Shown: positions 1 to 12,090 of the stretch, piece by piece
Layout: each line of letters begins with the position of its first letter
Position numbering within the stretch: the first letter of the stretch is position 1
Assembly: GCF_000143415.4 (NCBI RefSeq)
Contig: NW_003314324.1
Coordinates: 472,011 to 536,010, forward strand
Reading direction: 5' to 3'
DNA: 64,000 bases
Source of the DNA: Selaginella moellendorffii
Taxonomy: Eukaryota; Plantae; Lycopodiophyta
The notes under the pieces: model-generated
The model's database searches: none
What the model was told of the DNA's origin: nothing
Seen by the model: the letters and a program-made list of their open reading frames with translations, nothing else
Translations under genes and position numbers: made by a program

Positions 1-1591
1 AAGTTTACGCTGAAGCAGGCTCGTTAGCAAGAAAAGCTTGCTAGATATGATATTGAAATCATATATAAACCTGGTAAAGACAATATTATTCCAGATGCAT
101 TAAGTCGTCAGGCTCAGTTCCGGGCAATATCGGCAATTAGTTTGGACTGGTTGGAGGATGTTCAGACTTCGTATGGAAATGATCCGTTAGCGAAGGCAAT
201 CTTGCACCATGCGAAGTTGTCGAAGAAGAACCCTAGTAGAAGTTGCTAGTCGAACCAATGTGAAGTTTCACTTCTCAGTTCGGGATGGACTTATATTCTA
301 TAAGCAAGAAAGATTGTATCTTCCCCATAAGGATCTACAGCAGTTATGGTGGAAAGCAAAAGACTCTAGCTTTGTTGAAAACAGGGATTTTTCTGGTCTG
401 GTATGGAAGGTGATGTAGTGGACTATATCCGTTCCTGCCCTATATGCTAGTAATGTAAGTGCAGAACTGAGAAGCAGGCTAGAAAGTTGCAGTGCATTCC
501 AACACCAACATGGCCATTTCAAAGTGTGACACTTGATTTTGTCACTTGCTTGCCAAAGTCTAAGGGTTATGATACTTTGATGGTGGTAGTGGATCAGTTG
601 TCGAAGATTGCACACTTCATTCCAACTGTGGAAACAATGAATGCGAAATAAGTAGCAAAGCTCTTTTTCCATGAAGTAGTGTGGGTTTGTGGTCTTCCTG
701 AAGAGATGATCTCGGATAGAGATTCAAGATTTACAAGGAAGTTTTGGGGCACACTATTCCAGTTGTTTGGTACCAAGTTGAAGTTTAGTACGGCTTATCA
801 TCTTTAAACTGATGGGCAGACCAAATGCGTGAATGCTCAAATTGAGGATTATCTGCGGTACTATGTCGTGGTGGACTAACGCAACTGGGTTGAGCATTTG
901 GACACAGCAAAAATCTATTATAACAACATATTTCACAGTGCTATAGGATGTTCTCTATGGGAGATGCTGCAAGAGAATGCTCATGAGGTGCCTCAACAGA
1001 TTGTTATACCGAAACCAATGTCCAAAGTGTTGGTCCCAGCTGTTGAGACTTATGCGGAGCAGCTACGCCAAGGGTGGTCTAGAGCTACTAAGGCAATGGG
1101 CAAAGCTCAGGATAAGGTATCGATGTGATAAGGATCAGCATCATCAGGTTGTATCTTATCAAGTGGGAGATTAGGTGTGGCTATATTCCTAGAACTTGAA
1201 CATTAAGGGATCTTTATCTCGGAAGCTGTTACTGAGATATGTTGGACCCTATCAGGTATTGAAGCGGGTTGGTGATGTATCCTATAAGTTGGATCTTCCA
1301 AATGAGTTGTCCTATTTACATGATGTGTTTCATGTTAGTTTATTGGCACCATATCATGCTGTTGTGGAACGCTCTATGGACATTCGTCCTCCACTAGTGA
1401 TCATTGATGGTGAACTTGAGTATGAAGTTGAGTCTATCTTGGATTCTCAGTTTCGGAGACAAGCTCGTGCGAAGGAATATTTAGTTAAGTGGAAAGGTTA
1501 CCCGACTTGTGAATCAATTTGGGAACCTCTTAGGAATCTTACACATGCTCGTGAGCTTGTCACGGCATATGAGAATCGTAATAAAGACTAA
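1..1591 (+). pseudogene. Ty3/gypsy chromovirus pol 3' part (RNase H end, integrase, chromodomain), decayed
   Basis: Starts with QAR*QEKLARYDIEIIYKPGKDNIIPDALSR. Integrase motifs follow (DFVTCLP, SDRDSRF, AYHLxTDGQT) with stops. ORF 1196-1591 has GPY and LHDVFHVSLL plus a chromodomain (YEVESILD..EYLVKWKGY..WEP). Confidence 0.93.
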
Positions 1592-2312
1592 CTTAAATCT
1601 TGTCAATCTTGTAATAAATCTTGCAAATTAATAAAGTAATATATTTCTATAAATCAAAGTTTCATCTCTCTTGTTCGTTAGCACTTGGGTCAATATTGGC
1701 AAATTGACTTTGGCACTTCGGTGCATGGGTCCAATCCATAACTATGGGGATAACTATTATAGACTGATCACAAATCCCTGCCTCTCTCTCAATGACTCAT
1801 TTTTGAAAAAGGGGCATGGTTGTGTAAACAACTTCATCTGCCAGTTTATATTAGTTGTCTAAATCTTCCCGACGGGGTTGATTTCTTGCTTAGGGGAAGT
1901 TGGGCCTCTGGCCTTCTCCCTATGTCCCTATGGTTAGGGATGTATCATTCCTTTGTAAGTCGAGTGGTACTTGGAGCAGCAAGGGTGGCTAACTCCATTA
2001 GTCATTTCCTTGTCGCTGACGGCCGGAGGGTGTCTAAGTTTTAACGTCTTTGGACATAGAGGAGAGGTTATTCCATCACTCATTGAAATCAGTGTGTTTC
2101 CCACATAGTGTGTTTTTCGTTAACTTTCGGAATTGTTTCCTTGACGGTTTGCTAGACTTGGGTATACATCGACGAGGACGTCGGTCTTCCCTAAGGGGAA
2201 GGGGGGGGGGGGGGGGGGGGGGGGGAAAATCCCGAAATTGACTTTGGGGGGCAAAAAAAACTTGGCGGCCCGCCCTTATGGGAACCCTTTTCTTACTGCC
2301 CTGATGGCAAAA

Positions 2313-5300
2313 AGTCCCGAAAGGGACTTCCGGGATCAAAAATTACCTGTGGACCAGGCCTTAAGGAAACTCTTTTCTTAATGCCCCAAAGGGAGGGGGG
2401 CGGTATTGCTGGACCCTTTATCAGCCCCTCTTGTTCAAGTGTTAGTAAACTGGACTTTGCATCTGTACTTGGGCGGGAGAGCAAAAGGGCGGAATTCCTA
2501 AGTGTCTATTCAGCCAAGCATACTTGGCCTGGCTTCTTTTGCCCTGTCTTGCACTGGCTTGACAAGAACCCTCGCGTATTGAGATTGGTCCCTCAATATC
2601 GCTGGATGATAGCTTACCGTGTCTGCCAAACACCCTCGCTATCATGCCCTTTGTGTTAGTCTCATTTCGGTCCCAAATGCTATTTATGGAAAGTGTCCAG
2701 ATTTGCTCATTTGGCATATCTACGGAATGTAGAGATCGGCCTGAACACAATGGTGTTCGTCCCGTGTCCAAATTCACAATCTAAGGACATTCCATATTTA
2801 GTAAGTTTCGAGTTTGTCCCAGAGACTAACTCCTGATACTAAGGGAGGCTTGGGGTGAAAGCCCAAAGCGTGTGTTCCTCAAGGGGGGGGGGGGGCTGTG
2901 GGGGGTTCCAAATGTATAGTAGGGATAGTGGGTAGGTCGGGCATGGCTGACCAACCTGAGGCATAGTCTAGCTCCCGCTTGCGTGCCTGTCCTTGTTCTG
3001 CGTCCGGCTTGGGTCTAATCCCAAGTTCCATTCCATGCTAGCTGGTGGAGTACCCATACTCTCACGTTAGGCCACCGGTATGCCGAAATAGCACCAGACT
3101 CCGTTTTGCGTGCTGGTCCTGGCATTGGGATGCTGGTTGCTCTAGGACTGTTCCAAGTCGCTCCGGGCCCCTGTCCCTTCGCTCCTTGGGCTATATGCTC
3201 GGGAGTTGCTCCGTGGTCCGGTTCCATCACTCCTTGGCGTCACGCTTGGGAGTTTGGCACCGTTCCTTCGTTCAGTGGCCCAAGGCCCTGAACCTCGGGT
3301 TCCTGTGGACACGTGGCATGGACACGTGGCATGTGACACGTGGCATCTGTCACGTGGCACAAAGAGGGTTTAGGTTCCGCTTCGTGGTGTTATCCTATGG
3401 TAAATTACCATAGGATAAAGGGTCAAAACCACGTGCGCTACATTTGGTATCAGAGCATGAGTCTCAGCGAGTACTATTCAATGAGATTGGGCAACTAGTC
3501 TTGTTGCATACGCAGAGATGAAAACGATGATCCGAGTGGGTACACATTTTGGTGCAAAGACTTCGCAATCGTTCCTTGGGATAGGTTTTGGTTACCTTTT
3601 TTTTTGTTCCATATTATGTGAGCTTGCTCTTGGGCTCATAGGGTGGACTGAGTTGTTCCGTTACACGAGTTTGCGCTTGGGCTCGTGAGTGAGGCACATT
3701 AGCAACTCGAGGTTACACTTTGAGTTGGCAGGATTAATGTTAGCCTATCGGTGGTTCCATGAGTTGTTCCATGTACCGTGAGTGAAAGTAAACTTTCCCT
3801 GAGTTTGCTATGAGTGGCAAATAGGCTGGTCCGTAGCTGTTTAGCACGGCACTAGTGGATCCTTCCTAGGCATGATTATAAGTGGATCAATCAAGACTAT
3901 AGGGATTAGTCTATTGGTTCAAGTAGTCATGGCCGTGCTCTCTCATAAACTTTTCTTGGATTGAACTAAAGGCAGTGCGAAAGCAAGCTTGAGGGTTGGT
4001 CAAAGATGAGACCGAAAAGAGAGTCATCAGGGACGAAGGATCAAACACGTAAATCATCTTCTCTTCTTGGAGAGATGATTTGCAACGAGGTGTGACTCAT
4101 TGCTCATATTCACATTATGCAATCAAGAGTCCCTATCTTGATGCATGTTGGAGATGGTGGTCTTACAATGGTGAGTTATGGGATGGATAGCGGTGAAGCG
4201 CTAATCCATTTTGTCTAGGCTTGCTATTAGAAGATTTGGGTTGCAATGCTCAATTCTTTTCTGGGGAACCTTGCTATTGCTCCTTGAGTAGCTTGGTGTT
4301 GGATTAGTGTTGAGTTTGGTCAGAAAGAGAGTGGTATGAGCTTGTCCGTGTTGTGAACAAAAGTTAGTGATGTTGGGTGTTGTAAATCTCTATCGGTGGA
4401 GTGTGGCATTTATGTTGCATTTTGTCAAATTGAGTTGGCACTTGATACTCACATAAACCTTTGAAGTAATGATATTGGCATTGCTCGTGGTGTTGCTCAA
4501 TCGATAATCAAGTCATTGTGATTTCTATATTATATCCATGTGATAATGAGCAATGTGTTTACGAAGTTGCTTGGTTAAATGATGATCAACCCCAAAGTGG
4601 TTGATGGAGAAGCTAGTCTACTTACACGAAGTAGCATTGTAGTAGCTTTGACTGGATTCTCGAAAGTGGTCCATTCTGCTAAGCTTAAGTTGGTACCTTG
4701 TTTCCTTGAGTTTGCCCATTGGTGTTGGAAAAGGGTTATAGCATTCACTTGCTATGACTTGTCAGTTGACACGTTAGCACTTGGAGTAGATTGTTGGATG
4801 GAGAAGATGTGTAGTTGAGGCATTAACATTGCTAACACTTGTGTTAGTGGAGGTGGCATTGTTGATTCGAGTGATGAGGAATTTTCCTTAGACCTTGATT
4901 TTCCATGTCATTTTTTTTTGTTAGTGTTTTGGCTTCACATTGGATCTTGAAGGTGGTTGAAGAAAAGTGTTAGTGCAATGTGGATATCCGAAGATGTGGT
5001 CTTCGTGATCAAGCCTTGGATGTTCATTTTGCACTTTGCGGATGTCAAAGTTGGATGTCAGGAAAATGGGCAAAGATGTTCGATGCTTAAGCATGCTATT
5101 GGGTCATAAGAATCTGTGTCAAGGTGAACCTATGTGAAGTTGTTTGTAGGATGAAGTTGGTTGAGTCTTGAAAGTTTGCAATCCTGGACTGAGAGTCATT
5201 CTTTCTCTAGGATGGAAATTTTCCACAAATTTTCTTAGACTTCCCCAATGGCTGATCTGTTGATCACTTTGCCGAAAACCATTCCATTTTTCGTAAGCCA

Positions 5301-8300
5301 GTACAAACTAGTGAAGGGGTTCGAGTTAACCTTGGTTAACTTAGACCTTAGTATATAGTTTGTATGATGCGACCCGAAAGGGATGCTAACTTTTGGGGCT
5401 AAAGCAATTGAGTTGGATAGAGTCTGGAGTTAGTGTAGAAAAGTGGCTGTTGCACTTTTCTAAGAAATGTGACCCTTGTGCCTTTCTTTTGTAGCGTTGT
5501 GCTTGGTGGCAGTTTGCACCTTGCATTACGTTAGACTCTATGAGAGTAGTGAGCTCTCACTGATCTTGACTTGGTTTTGGTGGCCCTGCACCTTGGCTGA
5601 GGATGGTGATGTCCAACTTAGTTGTTTGAGGTTGAGATGTTGGTACCCGTACTATAGCTTTGTCTATGAGGAGGTTGTGTACCGATATGAGTCCATCTCA
5701 TGGTCTTCACTTTAGTTTCAGCTGAGTGTTGATCATGCATAGCTAGCCTCTTCAAGCATGCTCAGAGCTATTGGCTAAATGCATTGGTGAGCTTATTGCA
5801 GTTGAGTTGGATTCGAGTGGTCATTTAGTTTGTGCTTGTCAATGAACTTTTATCTCATACCGAAGGTATCACGTTCATGTTGGACAAGTGTATGACTCGA
5901 TGACGTGAGTTTAGTGTTTGGGTCTTGTAAAGACAAGTTGAAAGAGTGATTGTTAGTTGCTTTGCGACTAATGATTGCTTGTAGACTTTGTCAAAAGACT
6001 GTTGACACTTGCTTCACTCGATGATGATTTAGCAATGATAGGTTTGCTTTACTGGATGGTGTTGCGGAGGATCGTGTCGTTAGACTTACATGGTTTTTCC
6101 ATGTTGACATGTCGACTCTATCTCTGTCGATATCATTTGGTTGCATTTAGCTCGTGGTGTTGGATTTCATTGAGTCTTGGATGTGGTGACTCACTCCTTG
6201 AGGAAGTGTTATCTGTAACTGAGTTTTGCTAAAGGATTGGTCTTGGTTACTAATTAAAGTATCTTCGACCTTGGTTAGCTTGGTTGCTGGAAAGCTCCGA
6301 GTGGTGATTCACTCATGCTTTCTTCTAGCTTTGTTTTGGTGTTGATGGCATTGAAGTGATGCTTTGTCATTGACATTGTTGATATTGAGATCTGAGTGAA
6401 ATGAGATATCCTTCCAAGGATTGATATTGAGTTTCATTAGTCTTGATGAATATAGTGTTGATGATTTGGCTATAGCTTTGTGTTGTTGGCATTCGTGCAT
6501 TTGCTAGTTAGCAACTGTGTTGACGTTCAAACGAACTGAGTGGCAAGTTGAGTTAGTTGTGTTCTAGACGAGATTATTTAGTAGAGGGTTGAGCTTTAGC
6601 TTTTCCTTGAAAAGTGATTTAGTCGTGGACTATGCTAACTCTACGAGAAGAAGAGTTAGTGATCGATATTAGAATGTTGAGTCCTTACTGGATTTGAGTT
6701 CGGAATATAGCAATCATTAATGATTCTTTTTTGAGCTTGTTATGAAGTGAGTTACGTCTTGCTATAGATGGATTCATGGAGGATCGTTTGATGATCACTT
6801 GTTAAGCATAGCTTCGTTATGCTTAGCTTTTGGATTGATGCAGAAATGCTCTTCATTAGCTTTGGCATTATGAAGTTTAGCTTATGGATGTGTTGAGGAA
6901 GATATTGTGGGTTGCACCATGATTTCTTCTTTAGCATTGAAGTTAGCTTCTATGAGACTCGTGATCATTATTAGGCAAGACTTAGTTATAGGCTTCTTCG
7001 AGCTTTTGGTTCTTGAGTTTTGTGCTCATTGTTCCATTTGTTAGAAGTTGTTGGGGAAGGCATTTTGGCTCATTAGCTTCGATGTTGAAGTTGGTTTTTG
7101 CATTTGGCAATCATTGGTGATGATTGACTATCATCTAGGGTAGTTGATTGTCCTTATCACAAGTTTTGCTTGATTATTGTTGGTTTGGAATTATTTGCTA
7201 TTCTTCGGGATGGTAGATTCTTTCTTCAACGATGATTATACATCACTACATTGATGGGCTGATTGACGATCTTTCATGATAGTTAGTTGTTCTCTTTGAT
7301 GGCTTTTGGCTTTTCGCAATACCACATGTTCTTTGTGGTTTGCTCTGGATTGGTCTCTTGGGTTTGAGACATCAGTAGGATGTTGCTGACACTTGCTTAG
7401 GCAACTTGAGTTCCTTGGTGTTATTGGCTGGGATCTATCTGGATTGGCTAGTGCGATGATTGGCATGAACACTATATTTGTTTGCTTTGCAACATTCATT
7501 TTGTTCTGTTGATTATTGCTTGAGTTAGTTTTGATAGATTTGGATGTTATTTCCTTTGGGTGATACATTCGCGAGCATTTTGCTTGTCAGTCAATGATAC
7601 TTTGTGTTCTTTGAGTTATCTTTCGTAAGTTGTTTAGCATTCTGTCTACAATCTTTAATAGTTAAAATTTATCATTGAGTTTCCTTGATGATCTACTTGC
7701 TATTGAATTTTGTTGGATGGTGATTCCTATGTTTACCAATTATGCTGATCTTGGTGGTTCTTGCACTATAATACTAGTTTATCGGATGATAACTTACTTG
7801 GAATACTTTTGTGTTCTAATTTAAAGCTTTATTCACTGATAATTCAATCTCTAAGATATCATTGTTTATGACTTTGATATAGTCCATATATATTGATCTT
7901 TGAGTTTGGGCTAGTATAGGCAGACTGGCTTCGGCACTTCGTGTGCATGTTGCAATCTCTAGTCATGGGGTAGCTACTGTCGACTGGTCACATCACCCGC
8001 CTCTCTGTCGATGTTCCTTATTTTGTTGAAAGGGCGTGACCGTGTAAACAACTCTAACTGCCTGTTTACAGTAGTCTATCTAAACCTTACCGACGGGTTT
8101 GGTTTCTTTGTTCAGGAGGGTTGGGGCCTCTGGCTTCTCTCTCTATGTCTCTGCAGGCAGGGCGTATCACAGTTTTGTAGCTGGGTGACACCCAGAGCAG
8201 CAAGGGTGGCTAACTCCGTTGGTCATTTCCTTGTCGGCGACGGTCGGAAGGTGTCTGAGCTGGTAGCGCATCCGCGTTAGACAAAGAGGTTACCCCCTAA

Positions 8301-9581
8301 CTCATTTAAGTTGATGCATTTCTCACATAGTGTGAGTACCGTGAACTTTTTCTGGAGTTGTTTCCTTGGCGGTATTCTAGACTCGAGTATGCATCGACGA
8401 GGACGTCGATCTTCCCTAAGGGGGGGAGAGTGTCGCAAATGTGACTTCGGGTATCGAAAGTTACCTGTCAACCAGTCCTTACGAACACTCTTTCCTTACT
8501 GCCACGATGGCAGGAGGTCGGTATTGCTGGACCCTTTATCAGCCCCTCTTGTTCAAGTGTTAGTAAACTGGACTTTGCATCTGTACTTGGCCGGATGAGC
8601 ATAAGGACGGAATTCCTAAGTGTCTATTCAGCCAAGCATACTTGGCCTGGCTTTTTAGTTCTCTTTTGCTCTGTCTTGCACTGGCTTGACAAGAACACTC
8701 GCGTATTGAGATTAGTCCCTCAATATCGCTGGATGATAGCTTACCGTGTCTGCCAAACACCCTCGCTATCATGCCCTTTGTGTTAGTCTCATTTCGGTCC
8801 CAAATGCTATTTATGGAAAGTGTCCAGATTTGCTCATTTGGCATATCTACGGAATGTAGAGATCGGCCTGAACACAATGGTGTTCGTCCCGTGTCCAAAT
8901 TCACAATCTAAGGACATTCCATATTTAGTAAGTTTCAAGTTTGTCCCAGAGACTAACTCCTGATACTAAGGGAGGCTTGGGGTGAAAGCCCAAAGCGTAT
9001 GTTCCTCAAGGGGGGGGGGGGGGGGCTGTGGGGGGTTCCATTGTATAGTAGGGATAGTGGGTAGGTCGGGCATGGCCGACCAACCTGAGGCATAGTCTAG
9101 CTCCCGGTTGCGTGCCTGTCCTTGTTCTGCGTCCGGCTTGGGTCTAAGCCCAAGTTCCATTCCATGCTAGCTGGTGGAGTACCCATACTCTCACGTTAGG
9201 CCACCGGTATGCCGAAATAGCGCCAGACTCCGTTTGGCTCCGTTTTGCGTGCTGGTCCTGGCATTGGGATGTTGGTTGCTCTAGGACTGTTCCAAGTCGC
9301 TCCGGGCCCCTGTCCCTTCGCTCCTTGGGCTATATGCTCGGGAGTTGCTCCGTGGTCCGGTTCCATCACTCCTTGGCGTCACGCTTGGGAGTTTGGCACC
9401 GTTCCTTCGTTCAGTGGCCCAAGGCCCTGAACCTCGGGTTCCTGTGGACACGTGGCATGGACACGTGGCATGTGACACGTGGCATCTGTCACGTGGCACA
9501 AAGAGGGTTTAGGTTCCGCTTCGTGGTGTTATCCTATGGTAAATTACCATAGGATAAAGGGTCAAAACCACGTGCGCTACA
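2313..9581 (+). mobile_element. Non-autonomous LTR retrotransposon (LARD-like), family A; LTRs 2313-3442 and 8431-9581
   Basis: Near-identical ~1.15-kb direct repeats ending ...gcgctaCA. PBS TGGTATCAGAGC (tRNA-iMet) at 3445-3456. PPT AAGGGGGGGAGAG at 8418-8430. TSD CAAAA/CAAGA. The 5-kb T/G-rich interior has no long ORF. Confidence 0.88.
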
Positions 9582-10006
9582 CAAGAGGTCGATACTGCTG
9601 GTTCCCTTTAAAAGCCACTCTTGTCCAAGTGTTAGCTTATTAGGCTTAGCATCTGTATTTAGCCAAATGAACATAAGGTAGGAATTCTTATGTGTATCTA
9701 GCTAAGCATTCTCAGCCTGGCTCTTAGTTCTCTTTTGCTCTGTCTAGCTTGGCAAGAACCCTCGTGTATTAAGACTAGTCCCTCAATATTGCCAGATGAT
9801 AGCTTACCGTGTCTGCCAAATACCATTGCTATCATGCCTTTTGTGTTAGTCTCGTTTAAGTCCCAAATGCTAATTATGGAAAGTGTCTAGATTTTCTCAT
9901 TTGGCATATCTACGGAATGGAGAGATTAGCCTGAACACAATGGTGTTTATCCCATGTCCAAATTCACAATTTATGGATATTTCATATTTAGTAAGTTTGA
10001 GCTTCT

Positions 10007-10106
10007 NNNNNNNNNNNNNNNNNNNNNNNNNNNNNNNNNNNNNNNNNNNNNNNNNNNNNNNNNNNNNNNNNNNNNNNNNNNNNNNNNNNNNNNNNNNNNN
10101 NNNNNN
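10007..10106. other. Assembly gap (100 N)
   Basis: Run of N at the position of the LTR G-tract. Confidence 1.
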
Positions 10107-10819
10107 AGGGATAGTGGTTGGAAGTATGTCCGACCACTTAAGACATTAATTTGCCTCCCAATGGGCTGTGTCACTCTTTGTTCTACGTTTAGCTTGGGTC
10201 TAAGCCCAAGCTCCACACTGCTCTAGTCAGTGGGGTACCCTCATCCTCGCGTTAGGCCACCAGGATGCCAAAATTATGCCAGACTCTATCTGATGCCATT
10301 TTGCATGCAGGTGCTAGATACAGGAAGTTGGTGCTCGTGGGATTGTACTGGACCCTTATTTTGTAGCACAATAGCCTTGGACTTTGGCTCCAAATTCATG
10401 TGTTCTACAAGAAGGAAGTAATGGTGAGACAAAAGTAATAGAAGTAGAGGTAGAAGCAAAGGAACATATGGCAACAAATTGAGCAATAAAAGATAAACTT
10501 GAATTTATATCAACTAACACAAAGAGAATAATAGGAGACTTCTTGTTATAAAATTGAGTTTGGAAAGTAAACACTGAATAAACTAGTTCCGAATGAACCC
10601 CTTAATAATACTCCTGAAAGAAAAATGAAGGGGTCACCAACTTATTTGCATAAGGTCCCTCCGTTACTCACGTGACTCCTCATTTCCCAGATGCATCTTG
10701 GTGTTTAGACCTTTCACATTGAGTTTAGAAAGTAAACACTAGATAATCTAGTGCCAAATGAACTTCTTAATGATACTCCTGAAAGAAAAATGAAGGGGTC
10801 ACAACTTATTTACACAAGG

Positions 10820-11527
10820 TGTAGTGCACCCTATCTCTCTCTCCTTAAACCAACTGGAAAAGGGGCAATTGTTTGATGAAAGAGCCTTTAATGGCTATTT
10901 TATCCCTATTTATCCCCCAAGGTTCTAAGGATCCATATTGACAATATATCTAAATCTCATCCTATGATCACATGCGCTACACTCACCTCCCCTTCAAAAA
11001 TGTTAATATCTTCATTGACTATTGACTAACAACCCCTACAAAAGATGTTAATGTCTTCATTGACTATTAACTAATAACCCCTATTGAGCCAAGGGGAACT
11101 AACACCTTCATTTCCGCATTGAATCTATTAATCCTTCCATTGTGTTGACTAGCTATTCCATGTGAGACAACTAGTCATCCACCCGTACCGCAGTCCCACG
11201 GTGGATACCTTCGTTCATGGATACTCCACACAAAAGGAAGGACGTATGTATGGATGCCCAATACGTATGATTTCAAATTTAGGGGTAGGAATATACCTTG
11301 CTCAAGGGTATATTATAATTTTAAGTAGCCACTAATTAATGGGAATCGAACCCATACAATTTGCTCCGATACCAACTGTAACACACTTTATCTCTCTCCC
11401 CTTAAGCCAACTGAAAAAAGGGCAATTGCTTGATGAGAGAGTGTTTAGTGGCTATTTTATCCCTAAGGTTCCAAGGATCTACGGTGACAGTATATCCAAA
11501 TCTCATCCCATGATCACATGTGTTACA
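10820..11527 (-). mobile_element. TRIM, family B; LTRs 10820-10981 and 11377-11527
   Basis: ~155-bp TGTA..TACA direct repeats. Perfect TSD CAAGG (10815-10819, 11528-11532). Minus-strand PBS TGGTATCGGAGC at 11363-11374 and PPT at 10982-10994. Confidence 0.92.
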
Positions 11528-11589
11528 CAAGGTCCCTCCATTACTTATGTGACTCTTCATTTCCCAGAGGCATCTTGGTGTTCAGCCCT

Positions 11590-12090
11590 TTCACTACAGT
11601 AGCACCAATAGGATGTCCTTTCACTACAGTAGCAGTAGCACCAATAGGATGTCCTTTCACTACAGTAGCCATAGCACCAATAGGATGTCCTTTCACTACA
11701 GTAGCTGTAGCACCAATAGGATGTCCTTTTACTATAGTAGCACCAATAGGATTTTACTACAATAGCACTAATAGGATGTTGTTGACACCAAGGTCTTCAC
11801 CCCAGGAAATGGAAGCTGCCAATCTGGAAAATATTTCCTCACCCTTGTCTTATTGGAAAATGGATCTTACACTCCCCTGTAAGCTGAATATTCACTACAG
11901 TAGCTGTAGCACCAATAGGATGTCCTTTTACTATAGTAGCACCAATAGGATTTTACTACAATAGCACTAATAGGATGTTGTTGACACCAAGGTCTTCACC
12001 CCAGGAAATGGAAGCTGCCAATCTGGAAAATATTTCCTCACCCTTGTCTTATTGGAAAATGGATCTTACACTCCCCTGTAAGCTGAATAT
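11590..12090. repeat. 30-36-bp minisatellite (tagcaccaataggatgtcctttcactacag) plus a 199-bp tandem duplication (11693-11891 / 11892-12090)
   Basis: Directly visible repeats. Confidence 0.9.

Larger units (their letters stand above)
2226..10350 (+). mobile_element. 3' LTR of the chromovirus, split by a nested element (about 2226-2312 and 9582-~10350)
   Basis: Follows the PPT/G-run at 2193-2225. The first ~85 bp resemble the LTR start at 8431. The LTR resumes at 9582 (caagaggtcgatactgctgg) as a diverged relative of 8510 onward. Right end approximate. Confidence 0.7.

Noticed and set aside
2200-2400. Apparent strong divergence of the LTR start after the long G-run
   Set aside because: The homopolymer-biased changes look like low-quality sequence after a G-tract, so they were not used for dating.
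3457-7900. Hidden genes or an env-like ORF in the family A interior
   Set aside because: Only short ORFs with no recognisable motifs; at most faint pol-like relics.
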